Shown here: positions 61,836 to 64,000 of the stretch, one piece after another
Layout of the letters: each line of letters opens with the position of its first letter
Numbering within the stretch: the first letter of the stretch is position 1
From: the human T2T-CHM13v2.0 reference genome, Homo sapiens
Strand: one strand, 5' to 3'
Length of the DNA stretch: 64,000 bases
Assembly: GCF_009914755.1 (NCBI RefSeq)
Contig: NC_060939.1
Made by a program: the position numbers and the translations under genes
The notes under the pieces: model-generated
What the model was told of the DNA's origin: nothing
Databases searched by the model: none
What the model saw: only the letters and a program-made list of their open reading frames with translations

Positions 61836-63439
61836 AGGTCTGAAATAAATGTGACAGTTTCACATATTTAATGTACTTTGTGTTTACCTAGAGCTTGTTC
61901 TATCCCTTACTTCGTATTTCATCAGAATTGAGATCATTAATATTAAGAGAAAAGGGCTCAGTGTTGGGCACATAATTGGTGTCCAGCAAATGTTTTGTCC
62001 TGACTAGGCTGTAGAAGCACATCCAATGAGCTGCAGTGGGAGAAAGTTCCTAGGGTAGGGCCTGGCTAGTGCAAGCGCCCAGGATGGATTTGCCTCTCCT
62101 TCTCCTGCCTTCAGGTTTTGGTCCAGCCTCGGACCTGGAGCCTTGTAGATTGCAGGGCCAGGCTGGCTTTCCGGATGCAACAGCAGCAGCACAGCCTGCT
62201 CTAACTGGTTAGGTCTCCCACAGCCCAAGAATCTGGGAGGCTCCGTGAGTTCTGGAAACATCAGAGAGGCAGCAGCAGGCTTCCGAGGCTGGGGAGACTG
62301 GGCATTAGCCCATGACTTACCCTCGTGTCCCCACCTCCAACAGGACAGCAAGACCCTCTACTGCATGTCACTGCCAAGCCCTGCATGTCACCGTTGCCTG
62401 GCAGGTCAGGGAGAGATGGACATTCCCGGCTGCGCCATCCCTCCATTTTCTTGCTGTATTACTCATTAATACCCCCCCCCACCCTGATCTCCCCTTAGGC
62501 CGTGGACTTTCTACCTTTTTAGGCTCATTAGCAAACCTATTATACAATAACTACATGACTGGGTTTCCATGGCGATTTGTGTGTTCTGTCTCATGGTGCT
62601 TTCCAAAGAGCCTATCTTAATCCTCATCAGCCCCACCACGGCTCGTCTCCGCCATATCTCATTACAGCGAAAGCTTCCTTAAGAAAACATTGGTTTTCAT
62701 AAAACTCATTTCGCTGGGGCAAAAAAAGCAATCTCAAATCTCAATTTTTTTAAAGACAAATTTGCATTTTGAAAACAAAGGCTTTTTGAGTTCAGATTCA
62801 TTAAATTGCCTCTAAGGCAGCATGTAATTGAGAGTAACTTGTTTTAATCATCAGTTTCGTTACCATCAGGAGATATTAAATACTTTTAGCATACATGCTG
62901 TTAAGCAGATTAAAGGCACTTAGGATTCATGTTCGTATGGCCACTTCGTGGATGCGTGCAGGCAAACCTTGAAGACTATGTTCAGAGACCTGTACAAAAA
63001 TACATGAGTGATTTCATTCTCTTCAGCTGGGGAGTCTGCAGATGGTCAAGCACTGAGAAATATCAGGTTGGTGGGAACAAATCGTTTTGAGCCAGGCCCA
63101 GTGGGAGACGTGTAGTGTGGACAATCTCTTGATGAATATAGACTTGCACCGTCCTGTGCATTATTTACCCAGCTGCGCCTATTACTATTTCAATAATTTA
63201 ACGCAATTTGTTACAGGGGTAACAACTGATTGCAATCAATAAGCAAGAAGCCTGGAATCCAATCTAAACTGTATGAGGGCCCCAGCAGGTCTTTCAGGCG
63301 CAGAACTTCCCTTTCTTCCTTAACCCTTTCTGCCCCTGGAACGTCTCAAGAGTGGTCTGAAGAAACTTCTGTTGAAAAAATCCTCAGTGTGATAGCATCC
63401 GGCCCCAGAATGCATTTGGCAGGGTCCCTTCCGGTTGCT

Positions 63440-63640
63440 ATTCAAAGTGTGGTCCACAGATTGGCCACGCCAGCATTGGCATCAGCTTCGGTGTCACCAT
63501 CAGTACCAGTATCATCTCGACTTTGCTTGAAATGTAAATTCTCATGCCCCACCCTGGACATGTGGAGGAGGGGCCCAGTGAGCTGTGTTCTTACAAGCCC
63601 TCCAAATGATTCTGATGCATACACATGTTTGAGAGCCGCT
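63440..63640. mobile_element. MER5-like hAT MITE
   Basis: TCAAAGTGTGGTCC...TGATTCTGATGCA...TTTGAGAGCCGCTG. Confidence 0.7.
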
Positions 63641-63673
63641 GGACAAGGGCAGGACCAAGTGTTAAGATAACAG

Positions 63674-64000
<327 letters not shown>

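Overview
Primate (human-like) genomic DNA carrying the 5' end of RGMA (repulsive guidance molecule A) on the minus strand. It includes the distal first coding exon (MQPPR, 21266-21279), an alternative first coding exon (MGGLGPRRAGTSR, 6063-6100) and the shared signal-peptide exon 2 (5260-5375), each inside a CpG island. Later RGMA exons lie off the left edge. The remaining ~42 kb upstream is intergenic and repeat-rich: over 30 Alus, L1/L2/CR1/MIR relics, MaLR LTRs and hAT/Tigger fossils, plus an orphan CpG island at ~42 kb. The most notable structures are: (1) a decayed but architecturally complete class III (ERV-L-like) provirus at 24993-32950, with two LTRs, a tRNA-Ser-type primer-binding site, pro/RT/RNaseH/IN remnants and a PPT, co-oriented with RGMA and ~3.4 kb upstream of its promoter; (2) a ~500-bp L1-mediated retrocopy of an unidentified 3'UTR-like sequence in intron 1; (3) an isoform-specific translation-start architecture with a uORF; (4) several template-switch/repair scars in Alus. 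I do not see a new protein-coding system. Most track ORFs are Alu or CpG-island artefacts. Repeat family names are from recall of consensus sequences and need RepeatMasker/Dfam confirmation.
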